Assembly: GCA_964276515.1 (NCBI GenBank)
Contig: OZ193909.1
Location: 7,502,001-7,566,000, forward strand
DNA length: 64,000 bases
Source of the DNA: Gordius albopunctatus
Lineage: Eukaryota
Direction of reading: 5' to 3'
Under the pieces are notes generated by a model. The model saw only the letters and a list, made by a program, of their open reading frames with translations. It was not told where the DNA came from and did no database searches. Positions 36,401 through 48,566 of the stretch are shown piece after piece; within the stretch, counting starts at the first letter, position 1; each line of letters begins with the position of its first letter. The translations under genes were made by a program, and so were the position numbers.

Positions 36401-39400
36401 CGCTTATAAACAATTTTGGGCCATAATAAATTTGACTAGATTTTTTTCCATCGCTTAAATCTTCATTGTACGTTTATATAATGTCCTAATTTCAATTTCT
36501 TCAAAATTAAATTTTATTTCGAATAAATTAGTTTAACTGTTTTGTCTCAAGATCAAAAATGTTTAATTTTCAGTTTATATTATAAAAGAATAAAATCTCA
36601 ACGATTTAAACTGCCATGGGCGTAGACAAGGGGGGGGGGCAGGAAGGGGCAGCTGCCCCCCTCTAAACTCAAAAATTTGTTAAAATGTATTAAAATTATG
36701 CCTAAATTTTCAAAATATGATCATTTTGCCCCTCCCTAAATCATTATTGCCCCCCTCTAATTTTAATGCTGGCTACGCCCTTGTAAACTGCTACTCTAAT
36801 TTAATACTATGGAAGAAACCATTTTACTCTCTGGAAGTAAATTATTTTACTACATTTTTATCGCATTCAGTTAAATCTTTGCCCTACTCCATTATGGAAA
36901 GGATTGGATTATTTATATTTATGTAGTAGCCAAAGCCATTTCATTGTTCGCAATACACTACACATGTGTGCCGTCATGTGTGCCGTCTAGACTTAAAACA
37001 AAGGCTCATGCCATTTTCTAACAATGCGCATAATTCTAATTCATTTAATTTCTTAACAACTAAAAAAACACGGTGGAAAAATAAAGCAAACAAGTCACAT
37101 TAAAGTTATTAAAAATTATAACAATTTTGGGTATCCTAAATTAGCAAGGTTTAAAAAAATACTCTTTGCCATCCCGGCGACGAGTGCTGCTAGTGAAAGA
37201 AGTTTTTCTATCGCAGGAAGATTAATAGAGGAAAGATGTACAAGATTATCCCCGGAAATTGTCGACGATATGAATAATAAAATATTGTGATCTTTGTTTG
37301 GATCAATATGTCATTGCTTATTTTGTAATAGTGGCTAAAGATTTTGGGATTGGATACTTTCGGGTCTACCGGGAAAATTTTATTAATCAGGACGGGCAGC
37401 TCTAATGGTTTGGGCATGGCTAAGCCGACACTTAGAAGGGTTCAGGCGGGCAATTTAGTTAAAATTGGACCGGGCCGGGTTCGGGCAGAAAAATTTAAAC
37501 TACCCCGACCTCTTTTTGAGACCTCATAAATTCGGGACTAACGGGCAAATTTAATATTTCGGGCCGGGCAATTCGGGCAGCTTTAACAATTCGGGCGGGC
37601 TCGGCGGACACTTAGATGGGTTCGGGCGGGCCCCGGCGGACACTTAGATGGGTTCGGGAGGGCCCGGGCGGGCAATGAAGGTAAAAAATTTAGTCGGGCC
37701 GGGTTCGGGCAGAAAATTCCCAACAAATCTGACCTCTAATGGTTATCATGTGCGTAGCCAGGATTTGAATTAGAGGGGGGCAATAATGATTTGGGGAGGG
37801 GCAAAATGATAATTTTTTGAATTTTTAGCGATATTTATATTAAATTTTGATGAATTTATAGATTTAGAGGGGGGCAGCCGCCCCTTCCTGTCCCCCTCTG
37901 GCTACGCCTATGTATGTTATAGATTGGGACTTAAACTTTAAACATTTTTATTAAATCTCTTGTATTAGCTTGCTTACAATAATAAATGTGCCCGTATTTA
38001 ATTTAAAGATTAAAGATAAGAGAGGACGTTAAAAAGTATAAATTTTTATATTATCCTATGGTAAATTTTTTTAATAAATTTGTGCATTTTACGTAGCAAA
38101 CAATATTAACCAGCTAATATCATCAATTTTGTACCCTCAAATTTATTCCCCATTGGTAATGTGACCCACAAAAATTAAAAAAAACAAATGGAAAATTTCG
38201 CCATTTTCAAAATCATTAAGTTAGGTTGTCCAGAAAGATGTAATATTTTAATATCTATTCATTAAAAATTTAAAAAAATCGTAGAGATTTTCTATTTTGA
38301 AATTTGTTATGGGAAACTAAATTTTTACCCTAAATACCTTATGCTTCACGAGTTTATATATAGGCTTAAATCATATAGTTCCATAAATTAAATGGAGGGT
38401 TAAAACCATGCTAAAACATATAGAGTTGGCATAAAGTTAAAAATTTGATTTTTTGAAATAACATGAAGTGTATAAATATCCAATGCGTAATCTTGAATTT
38501 AACAATGGTCAAATAAAGACCCTAGTGAGTATTCAGATTTTTCGTTTTCAGATCTTTACAAATAAATCCACCCCCGCAAATTCTTATGGACTTGGGTAAC
38601 AAAATTTAAATCTCATTTACCTCAAAAGCAGAAAATTTGGATGCAGTTGATGGATTGAACTTGCTATTTATTTTAATTAAAAACAGAATAATATATTTAT
38701 ATTTATGCGTATACACTGTTTTCAACTAAGTTTTATTCATATAAAAAATAAATTTTTTAATTAAAACAAGACCAAGATTAAATTTGTTAATCTATAGTAT
38801 CTACCAAATTAAAGGTATACAAGCAGCCATGTTAATGATTATATGATTCTATAAAATGTTAAAAAATGTAAAACTTTTGAATAAATGGTATGCTTAAATT
38901 TAGATAAGGTGTAAAGGGAAAGAAAACTCAATATTTCGGGCCACAGGGGCCCATCTTCAAGGAAAAAGAAAGTAAATAGGTGAGGAATGATATGGAACAA
39001 AAATATATAGGAAATCATTTTTTAATTATATAATAGCAATATTTATATAAATTAAGAGCCGCAATATTTCTCTATTACAAAACAAATTCTTCCCATATCA
39101 TTGAACTGCGTTTAACTTAACTTAAAGTTTAATTAAACCCTATAACTATATTCCCATAATTAAAATATAAACACCATTTACAAACAACTTGCATTAAAAG
39201 ATCCCCATTAATAGCAAGCATGGTTATATAAAACCCCTTTTTTGATTTATATAGATACCCCTTAAAATTATAAAAAGGGTGAGAAAAATTTAAAAAAATT
39301 ATATAAGTCTTTTTCTATTTCACACACTTAATAAAAGTTTCATACGAGCCTAGTGAATTTGGTACCTACTGTTAATCCGTTCCCCTAAGTAACCAGTACC

Positions 39401-42400
39401 TACTCCACTTTAATCCGCCCATGCTATAAAACTTAATAAATTTGAATATTAAAGGTTTTAATCTAATAAGTAAAATTCATGCAAATAAGAGCATTCATAT
39501 TCAAAGAGTTTAGTTTTCAAACTTGTATTGGAATTACCACAATTTTTTAATGCGAACGAATTTGTTGGTTATAATATATATTTAAAAATTGGTGATGTTT
39601 TCCTATAAGTAATTGCTTGTGTTTATTACACACTAGAATGAATATCCCACATTCACATTATATGAGTGGGCGACAATCGCGGTCTTTTATTAAATAACAT
39701 TCCGTCCCAAAATTGGTATTATTTCTTCCAATCAGATAGGCTCCTTCGCTTACTTTAACAAGGCCCACTCGAAATAAAATTTGTCTTAAAAAATTTAAAA
39801 GGTCAAATACGAACATACACTTAGTCCAAACAAGCATTGTATAATATCGAAAAGCCGAATATGTCTTTAATAGATTCCATGGAAAGAATTCAGATTATGT
39901 CAGAACGACTTAATACTTTAAAATTAAGGCTATCTCTAAAGGTTTTTTTTATTAATAGCATGGCTTAATATTAATTTAAGAATAATAATTAAGGTTGTAA
40001 TGGCAAAATTATGCGTTGATTAGTATTTAAAAGGATAATTTTTGCTCATGTCTGCCCAGAATAAAGTGGTCCTTACCGCCAATATTAAATTTCATTCGTT
40101 TAACTTGTTAAGGCAAGCCTGTGACCAGTGAAGTAGCTAACGGGGTACCAAGGAGGCCAAGCCCCCCCCCCAGGAGTAACTGGTCTCTTTGCCCCCCCCC
40201 CCCAAAGGAAAAAATCATTAGTGATGCGGAAAAACCGAGAAAAGTCTCGGTCTCGTCTCGTCTCGGGAATTTTGATGTCGAGACGAGACGATATTTTTTC
40301 GACGAGATCTCGACTTTTTATTGATCGTTAGATTTTAGTAAATTATTTTGTATTTTAATTTGCCTGATTTACATTACATTAAAGGTATTAAGTGTAAATC
40401 AATATGTATAGAATAAATTTGATATTAAAAAAATTACTAAGTGTAGTAAATATCATATATTTTTGCCAAAAATTTAAAATTTCGCAATCATTTACCTAAG
40501 TAAGGTTGATCCATAGGGTATGTTAATAATTTTATAATATTTTTATCACCTATCTGTATCCATCCATAACACTATTAAATATTAAAGAAATTTTAGGCTT
40601 ATAATGAATTCTGATGGACTAGTAAATATTACTAAAGCATATTTATATTTTGCAGTACTCATCCTGCATAATGCGGTAGTCAATCAGTTTGAATAAGTAG
40701 GTCTAGATTTTTGAGCACCCGCCTAACGATTTCAAAAGTACAATGGAGTATTTAATGATACATTAATAGATTAAATCTAAATCATGGATTTTTTTAAAGT
40801 TTTTATGCTTCAACTAATAGTATACCTCCCAAATTTTTGAATATTAATAAGACATTATGTGAATACATAGTTTTGTCATATGCATTACTTTTCACATTAT
40901 ACGCTGGGTTGGCAGGTGCATTTAAATTTATTATATTTCCATAATTGTGAAATATAAAATAAATACACGAACCTATACTGTATTCGATAAATAACTATTT
41001 AATGGCAAAGTTATTTGGAATTGGAAGGTAATTATTTGGAATATAAATTTGATTATAATGATTTCTGTCATAAATTTAAATACGTGCAATTTACAGTTTA
41101 AAACCTTATCTTCTTAATCCTATAATAATGCTGCTTTTATTGTTGTTTTTACAACGTTTTGATATGTGCATCTAGTTATCAATTCTGTAAATAATAATAT
41201 TATCATTAAAAGTCACTAGCACTTTATGGTTTATAAAGCTGTAGTAAACATGCAATAAACACTATGGCATATAATTTATGATGGTAACAATAGACTTAGT
41301 CAATTAATTGCTCAATTATGAAACTAAGTCAACTATAAGCGAACGTATTATTAAGTCTATTTATAGTTGACAAAAAAGTAAATTTGATACAAATGTTATA
41401 ATTTGCTAGAACATTCACATTTAATTTTCTATACTTCGAATTTATTTATAGTCTTTTAGTCTGCACTTTTCATAGAAAATGTTATCTTTATGAATTAATT
41501 TATATCTTTATATTGTCAATGAGATGTCGTGTCCCGCTAAATCTTTGAAAAGTTTGTGCATTAAAGTTTCTTAAAAAATATAAAAGTTTGCCATTTGGAT
41601 TTTTAAAACTTTTTTAATATTTGTAATAAAACAGGAGAAATTTTTATTCAGTATATATTTTTTTTAAAGTCGAGACGAGACGAGATCGAGATTTTCATAA
41701 TCGCTCCCGAGACGAGACGAGATTTTGTTTTCGAGTCCGAGACGAGATAGAAACACTAAAAATCATCATCCAAAAATAACTATTTTAAAACAGGGCAGTA
41801 TAATTATGTTTGAATAAGTTTTATTTAATGTTTGCAATTATAGTAATTGTTATTTAATTTTTAAATTATCTTGAACTGTGTTTATTTTGGGTGATTAAAT
41901 AAATTAATTGTTACAAATGTCTATCAAAATAGAGAATTTAGTCAAGCCTTTTTAAGTAGTCTTACCCAAAACCCATCTTAGCACAATTAATGTTGATATA
42001 ACTAAATATATTTTATGCAGGTTTTCATTCATAATCTCTCAAAAATTAATTATAAGTCAGCCTTAATGATTCACTACACCAATGTTGAAATAAAATTATT
42101 TTAAAAGGCTTAAAATTGAATCTAAAAGTTTCCATTTATTTTCTTAAATGTGCTTAAATAATCAAGGAAAATTTATAGGGAATTAAAATAAAAGCGCAAA
42201 CTATATGAGCGAAAAACATGGAACCAGTTTCAAATAATTGCTCGAAAATCTTTGTTTTTAGTTAGATATATGCTGATTTATACTTTTATATATTTTTTAT
42301 CAATTTATTCAGGTCGTAAACATCAGAATTTCAACTAGATCATCTTTGTAGTAGGAATAATGTATAATTTTAAAAATTTTAATTCAACATCCACGAGATT

Positions 42401-45400
42401 AGATATAAACTTTCTGTCTCCTTAATCTTAGTAAAACAAAAATTGAATGTATATATTATTTTGATTTTACATAATTTTAGAATCAACCAGAGGAGTAAAA
42501 AGAAGTTTTTAATTATATATATTATAAGGACAAATTTATATTAGCCATAAAAATTTTATTTAACATTAAATTTTAAATTATATCTTGAATATATAAAAAG
42601 ACATTAGACTGTAAAATCAATAGAGCTAATAAAGCTTCAAGGTCATTTTTAAATAAATACTTTACCTTAGTATTAAAAGGCCATGGGTGCAGCCAGGAGG
42701 GAAGGGCAGTTTATTCTATTCCTATATCCTTATTCCTTTTGCCCCGCCACCCCCCCCCCCAATCCAAAACCAGGCTACGCCCATGTAAAAAAGGCTGCAT
42801 AAATTCGTAACATTAATGTAATTAAGTATCAAAAATGTTTCATGAGGTTTAATTGATTATCCCATACATTAAAAATTTAATTAACTGGATATTTACATTA
42901 ATGTTCATTTAAAAAGACTAATCAATAATCAATATACAATAAGTCTAGATAAATAATTTTAGCAATCGCCGACTGGAATTAGACCGACTCAGGGCTGATC
43001 TAAAATACAAAAATCGCTTATAGATTACAAATTACTAAATTAGTTAACTTTTAGACATACTAAATCGATTAATATTCTGTAACAAAATAGGCGCTCAAAG
43101 ACGAGATTTTTCTTTAGATTATATATATATATTCTTAATTTACATACTAATGAGTTTACACTCACCCACCATCTCACCTTAATTACATTAGAAGGTAAAT
43201 TCGTTTAATCATTTATGCTTTCCCTCACATTTTACATTAAAATATACGTAGAATGCGACATGCCATATAAAATTCTTTTAGATGTGAAGCCTAATATTTG
43301 ATTCATGTGAAATTACATAGAATTAAATGAAGGTGCCGATGACTGCAGTCAAATATATTTTATTTCCTTGCCTGTATATATATTATCTCCCAAAAAGGAA
43401 ATTCTTGTTGTACACCAATAAAACATATCCATTGACAAGTTTAATTAAATTTCAATTGCATTTTCACGCTTACAAACAAGATGAACGATGAAGTGTGCTC
43501 TGTTAGAGTCAAACAACCAAATTACCAATTAGTTCGTCGAGGCAATACAAATTAATATATTGGATCTCGGACAGAGTTTTCTTTTAATTATGCAATGCCC
43601 TGCCAAATTTCCCACCTTAAGTTATCTATGTGAGCTATGTCATAAATCATTTAAAGAACGAGCCGTTAGGAGAATCAATAAACGGGTAGCTTGTCATGGT
43701 ACACAAATACGATGCAATTGCATTAATTGAATTTCATTAAAGAGCCTGAATTAATTGATTATATATTAGAGCTCAGGTTCGTTTGAATCCACAAGCCTCT
43801 AATCTGTATTTTATGCTTGCATCATTAAAAGTATTATTTAGCAGAAAATAGGTAAAATCCCCTAAATATAAAATTTTAAATATTCGCCAAATTATAGTAG
43901 GTATTAATGCAGGTGTTTAATTTCTTCAATATTTTCCCTTTTTAACAATAATATTATGAGAATTAGAGGTGTGCACGGATCAATCCGATCCGACATCCGA
44001 TCCGATCCGTCCGAACTCGGATTGGATTGGATCGGATCAAAATTTTAATTTTGGAAGTCGGATCGGATCGGATCAACATTTTATTTTAGTCGGATCGGAT
44101 CGGATTTTCAAATTTAAAATAAAAATAATAAGTTCTAATTAATTAAATTAATAATTTTTAGTATACCTTTTCATAATTATCTTTGCATTGTTTTTTTACT
44201 TTACCATTTTTGATGCCCAATACCACCTTACTTACCCTAACATATTTATCAGTATTTCCTTAGCGTTTTTCCCTAGCCAGACTTTCTTGTTTGGCGAGAA
44301 AGGAGCTAGTGTCAATGATAAATCAGCATCTCCCGTTTCCTTTTTAGCACACGCATCTCTTTCTATCTCAACTCAACTCCGAAAATCATCAATCACAATC
44401 TCCCCTTTCCTTAAAGCACACGCGAAGATCCTTTCTATTGTTTATCATATTAAAAACCGTCATAGTAATAATAAAAAAAATTTAAAAGAAATATGCTTCA
44501 ACAAGTTAAAAAAGAAGACGGAAAAAGTCAAATTTGGAGTTACTTTGACCTTCTAAATAAATGAAAATGATACATACACCGGTTATCTTATCTGCAAGAA
44601 ATGCCATTATATCTACAAATATAATTCCATTCGAGGTAGTTCCCATCTTTTGCATCATAAATGTATTCCAAAAACTTCAGCTAAAAATACAATTTACAAA
44701 TTTGTTACCAAACCTCTCGCTGAAATCACAAAATTAAAATTTTTTTTTGAAAAGCATCTAATTTATTTTATTTCAAAAGATATTCGACAGTTTTCAATCG
44801 TTTACGAGATTCTTTATTATTTTTATATGATAATATGGAATTAGTCAAATAAAATTTTATATTTATTTCAGGTCTATTAAAATTGCCATACCTTATTTTT
44901 ATTTATTTTGAATTTAATAATAAATAAAAAGTTCTGTTCGTAAAATTTTAATTTAAAAGTTTCGGATCGGATCGAATTTAGATTTTAAAAAACTCGGATC
45001 GGATCAGATTTAGATTTTAAAATACTCGGATCGGATCGGATGGATATAAAATTTTCCAAAAACTTCTCGGATCGGATCAAAAAATTTTGATCCATGCACA
45101 CCTCTAATGAGAATATAAGAAAAAACAAGTGTTTATAATTTTTCACTAATAAGTTTTAATACGAAGTCTATTGTAAAATAGCGATTTTTAAAATCTTTTT
45201 GAACTAATCCACTCAATTAAGTTAATTCTGTATATCTAAAATAAATAATTTTTGTTTTAAGAAATGTAACAACGAATTTGCAAACTATAATAATCTTAAA
45301 GCGTCTCTTATTGTTATTTTTCTAAATGGTTGTGATAATTTTACCGTGTTTGATATATATAGGTAAGGGTAAATAATTTAAAAGCAAAATGTTTGTAAAA

Positions 45401-46817
45401 CTATAAAATAATAATAAATTTAAAAGTATATAGTGAGTAAGCTTCAATATTAATTTATGGCAATTGGATTACAATAATTATTGGACATTAACTCATTGTC
45501 ATTAGAGCGTAAGAAAATTAAGTCGAACAAAACATAATCCCTGAGCTTCAGTAAATGCAGTCGACTGGAATAATGTGATAAAAAAGCGATCCACAGGGCG
45601 AAATTAAGTCCACTTTCTTTATTTCTAGTCATTTTACGAGATGTTTAAATAGACCTCAAGAAAATTAACTGTAATAAATTAATTTATCTATGCTATTTCA
45701 TCAATATATTCCATCCATATTTGAATGATTTTGAGTCCATTAATTTTTTGAATTTGAGTGCCATAAAAATAATGCTTTTTGTTTTGATATATTAACAAAT
45801 CTTTTAAATAAATCCTCAATATAAAAGCATGTTACACATGAGTTTATTTTAATTTTGAAACGTGTAAATCGTTTAATTAATTTTAAAAAGTCATAAAAAT
45901 GGTGAAGTTTAATTTAAAACACTTAAATATTATTGTTGTTGGTGTAATTTATTTAATTGCTAAATCAAACAACTTTGTACCCGCTTCTATTTTGAGTTTT
46001 ATTTTTATAATGATCGCACTTTGAAACATTTTTAAAATAATGTAAAATGCATTAAGGATATAAAATTAGTTTTGGTATTTAATAGATCACTTAAGCTAAA
46101 TGGTTTTAGTACATTCATTTGCCTAGATATGTTAAAAATGCAAGAAATTGCTTCAATCTTAGATGGACAATCTCGTTGTTGGCTCAACTGTACATGTATA
46201 GAATCTATTTTTCTAATTTACCTGTCGATACTGATAGCCACCAGGGTAAAAACACTAGAGGTGAGAGTGACGTTCGAAACGAAATTACTAACCACGCAGT
46301 ATACTTGTCCGAAAGGCCAATGACTATTCATCATGTAAATGAAGTTAAAAAATATGTTGAGGGCTGCCACCAGGGTATCCGAAACACTCATGTTCACGAT
46401 GAAATAATTTGTGGCCGACCTCATTTGCCGGCGGCCCAGAATAATCCAAATGACCAAAGAATTTCCAACGGTCGAAACTATGATCAAGGCGCCAAAGATT
46501 ATGATGTAAACCATTTGCATATACCACGGTTGAGCAAAAATATTTTTGTTCATAGTAATTTCTTGGTTCAGGGTTAGCAAGGTACCCGGCCCCGAAGAGG
46601 AGCGGTTTAGAGCCCATGCCGAATGGCATACAAGCTTGGAACCCTCTGCTTCACTACCAACCCCCTCTATCAGGCTATAATTGTGATAGGTGCTGTCGTA
46701 AGTGTTATTTCCGACGCATGGTAAAACTGGAGACGTAAAATTTTTGACCGAAGCAGGAGTTATGGACGAATTTAGTAGTAATTCTTGAAGAAAAAGAATA
46801 CCCAGTTTAGCGATTGC
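27434..46817 (-). CDS. Tachykinin-like peptide receptor (class A GPCR), 5 coding exons
   Basis: Exons 46817-46222, 29029-28832, 28156-28006, 27949-27753 and 27671-27434 join in frame through GT-AG introns. Motifs: MRSATNYFIVN, WPFG..YC, SIDRY, LWWSELIGE..SKRRVVKMM, CYLPY, MSNSMYNPLIY, FRQGFK..FRWCPF. 5' start unresolved. Confidence 0.93.
29343..32420 (-). mobile_element. Full-length but decayed RTE-clade LINE (APE + RT) in intron 1 of the tachykinin receptor
   Basis: RVGSLNVGTMT, IIGADMNSHVG, FIDLEKAFDKV, MLFADD, KYLG, RLRWY.H, RGRP motifs with stops and frameshifts; 20-bp TSD (18/20) at 29323-29342 and 32421-32440. Confidence 0.95.
32345..32420 (-). other. tRNA-derived head (A and B boxes) at the 5' end of the RTE; not a functional tRNA
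   Basis: GGGGCGTGGTGGTGTAGTGG...GACTTTGAA...GGTTCGATTCC; acceptor and anticodon stems do not pair. Confidence 0.8.
33850..35412 (+). repeat. Two dispersed copies (~33850-33980, ~35284-35412) of an unclassified repeat
   Basis: Shared tatcagaattattggtc.gattgcg.gat..aatcacaaa core and upstream similarity. Confidence 0.7.
36233..37738 (+). mobile_element. Deleted hAT transposon with a transposase C-terminal dimerisation-domain remnant
   Basis: Imperfect TIR CAGAGACCAGA/TCTGACCTCTA; TSD atcgttat/atggttat; CGGGC arrays. 37132-37272 reads YPKLARFKKILFAIPATSAASERSFSIAGRLIEERCTRLSPEIVDDM. Confidence 0.93.
36615..36783. mobile_element. hAT-type MITE nested in the hAT element
   Basis: catgggcgtag...ctacgcccttg; perfect TSD TAAACTGC. 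Confidence 0.92.
37747..37912. mobile_element. hAT-type MITE (same family)
   Basis: catgtgcgtagccag...ctggctacgcctatg; flanks atggttat/tatgttat. Confidence 0.88.
40219..41758. mobile_element. Non-autonomous hAT (GAGAC-repeat family)
   Basis: TAGTG...CACTA ends; perfect TSD AAAATCAT; inverted GTCTC/GAGAC subterminal arrays. Confidence 0.93.
42682..42785. mobile_element. hAT-type MITE
   Basis: catgggtgcagcc...ggctacgcccatg; flanks taaaaggc/taaaaaaggc. Confidence 0.8.
43964..45106 (+). mobile_element. Deleted hAT transposon with a BED-finger remnant
   Basis: 20-bp TIR TAGAGGTGTGCAYGGATCAA; perfect TSD ATGAGAAT; CGGAT arrays. ~44520-44665 reads GKSQIWSYF...GYLICKKC..IYKY...GSSHLLHHKC across a frameshift. 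Confidence 0.94.
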
Positions 46818-48400
46818 CTAATAAATACATAATTCGAATGGATTGTTAAATATAGGGTTAATAGGTAACTTCCCTTTGCTGATATCATTTATAAATTCCA
46901 TAGATTAAATGATTTTACGCTCATGCTTATGGAATACGAAATGTATACCCTTTTGACAATGCCAATATCTAATGGAAATTGACTGACCTGGAGTGTCAAA
47001 TGTTATGATTAAAAAATTGATTAAAGGTAATTTCAAAATAATTTATACGGCCATCCATATTGTACAAGAAGTTTAATTTAAGTAATGGAAAAAATATAAT
47101 CGATTTACACGAAGGTTATATTTCTGTTATTCCTTGAATCCAATCAATTTTCATTATGGTAACTTTTTATAACTAAGTTGAATGTGAAGCTGTTGTTGGT
47201 GCAGAGGGAGGTAATTAAAGAGTGTCAGTTTGGAATCATTACAAAATAAATTGTTATTTTATCAGTCATTAAAAATATCCTGTTGCCCGGCTTACCAGTG
47301 TACCGTACCGTTAGCGTTGTCGCGTCGCATTTAGAAGATTAATAGGAAAAATATTGTTTTTTTTTGGGGGGGGGGGGGGAGGGATGGGGCGAAGAATATT
47401 TTTTTATATTAATCAAATACCACAGTAGTAAGTGTAAGTATAGATATTATTGAGATATCGAAAATGGATAGATGAAGGGGAAGGGATGCATAGTTGACCC
47501 AATTGGAATGTAAAACGGTGTGTGTATAAGTTTTAAACGAACGAACGTAATGTGTTCATCATCAAGCCACGACGACACACACGGGCTGTGCCTACTATGC
47601 ACGTTGCCAGTTTGATGTGTTAAATCAAGACGTCTTGTCTTACCCGCACCTACTAACGCTTTTCGGAGGAAGATCCGCGTCAAGCACTAACAGCATGATG
47701 CGTTTATAAATTAACGAACCCTTCCTCCTGCCTGCCTCACTGGAGCTCAGATTGATGTTTTCATAGCTTATAACTTATTATAACTGTTTACCACTAAAAT
47801 AATATATTGATTTAGTCGGGTTCTTACCAATTAATTTGTTTATCTATGCCAAATCAGTTTATTAACTAAAATGAAAAATAAATTAATTAACTTAATGGCA
47901 CATCCGACATATATATATCTAGGTGATTAACCGGGTAACTCAGTTGTTTAAGACTTTTTACAAGTCTTATCTGAGATGAGCTGAGCACATTGGGAATTAA
48001 CATGAAAAATAGTAAAGTGCTAATATTAATGTAAAAACTCCCGAAAGATTTTTGATTAATAATGAGGAGGGCTAATGAAGTGCAATTATGCCGAATCTAA
48101 GTCTTATACTAAGGGTCAGACTTTAACAAAAATATTAATCACGCTTATTGCGCATTGTCCAGAATTACCCTTGTTAATTTTAGCAATCATTCAGTAATGC
48201 TCTTAAAAGATGATAAAAACAAGAGATTCTATGAATGAAAACTTTTTTTAAAGAGTGTATATTTTTTATGTATTTCCCCTCCCCCTTTGATGATCACTTT
48301 GACGATAAGCAGATCATTAAACAATGTTACATCAAGTTAAATAACAATTGCAATAATAGATATTATTGTGTGGGTTTGAAATTTTAGGGATACTTTTATT

Positions 48401-48566
48401 CATGGGCGTAGCTAGGTTTTGGATTGAGGGGGGATGAAACGTTTAAAATTTCAATTAGGGGGGGGGGGCAAAACATAAGTTTTTTTTAAATTTTAAGTCT
48501 TTTTGCATCGAAATTTTTTTTTCGCCATTTAGGCCCCCCCCCCTGCCCCCCCTGGCTACGCCCATG
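48401..48566. mobile_element. hAT-type MITE
   Basis: catgggcgtagc...gctacgcccatg; perfect TSD CTTTTATT. Confidence 0.93.

Noticed and set aside
1550..46820. Genome-wide reassignment of TAG to Gln
   Set aside because: No internal TAG in the ~460 codons of the first GPCR, in the JMJD6 exons or in the receptor's TM exons; Gln is encoded by CAA/CAG throughout.
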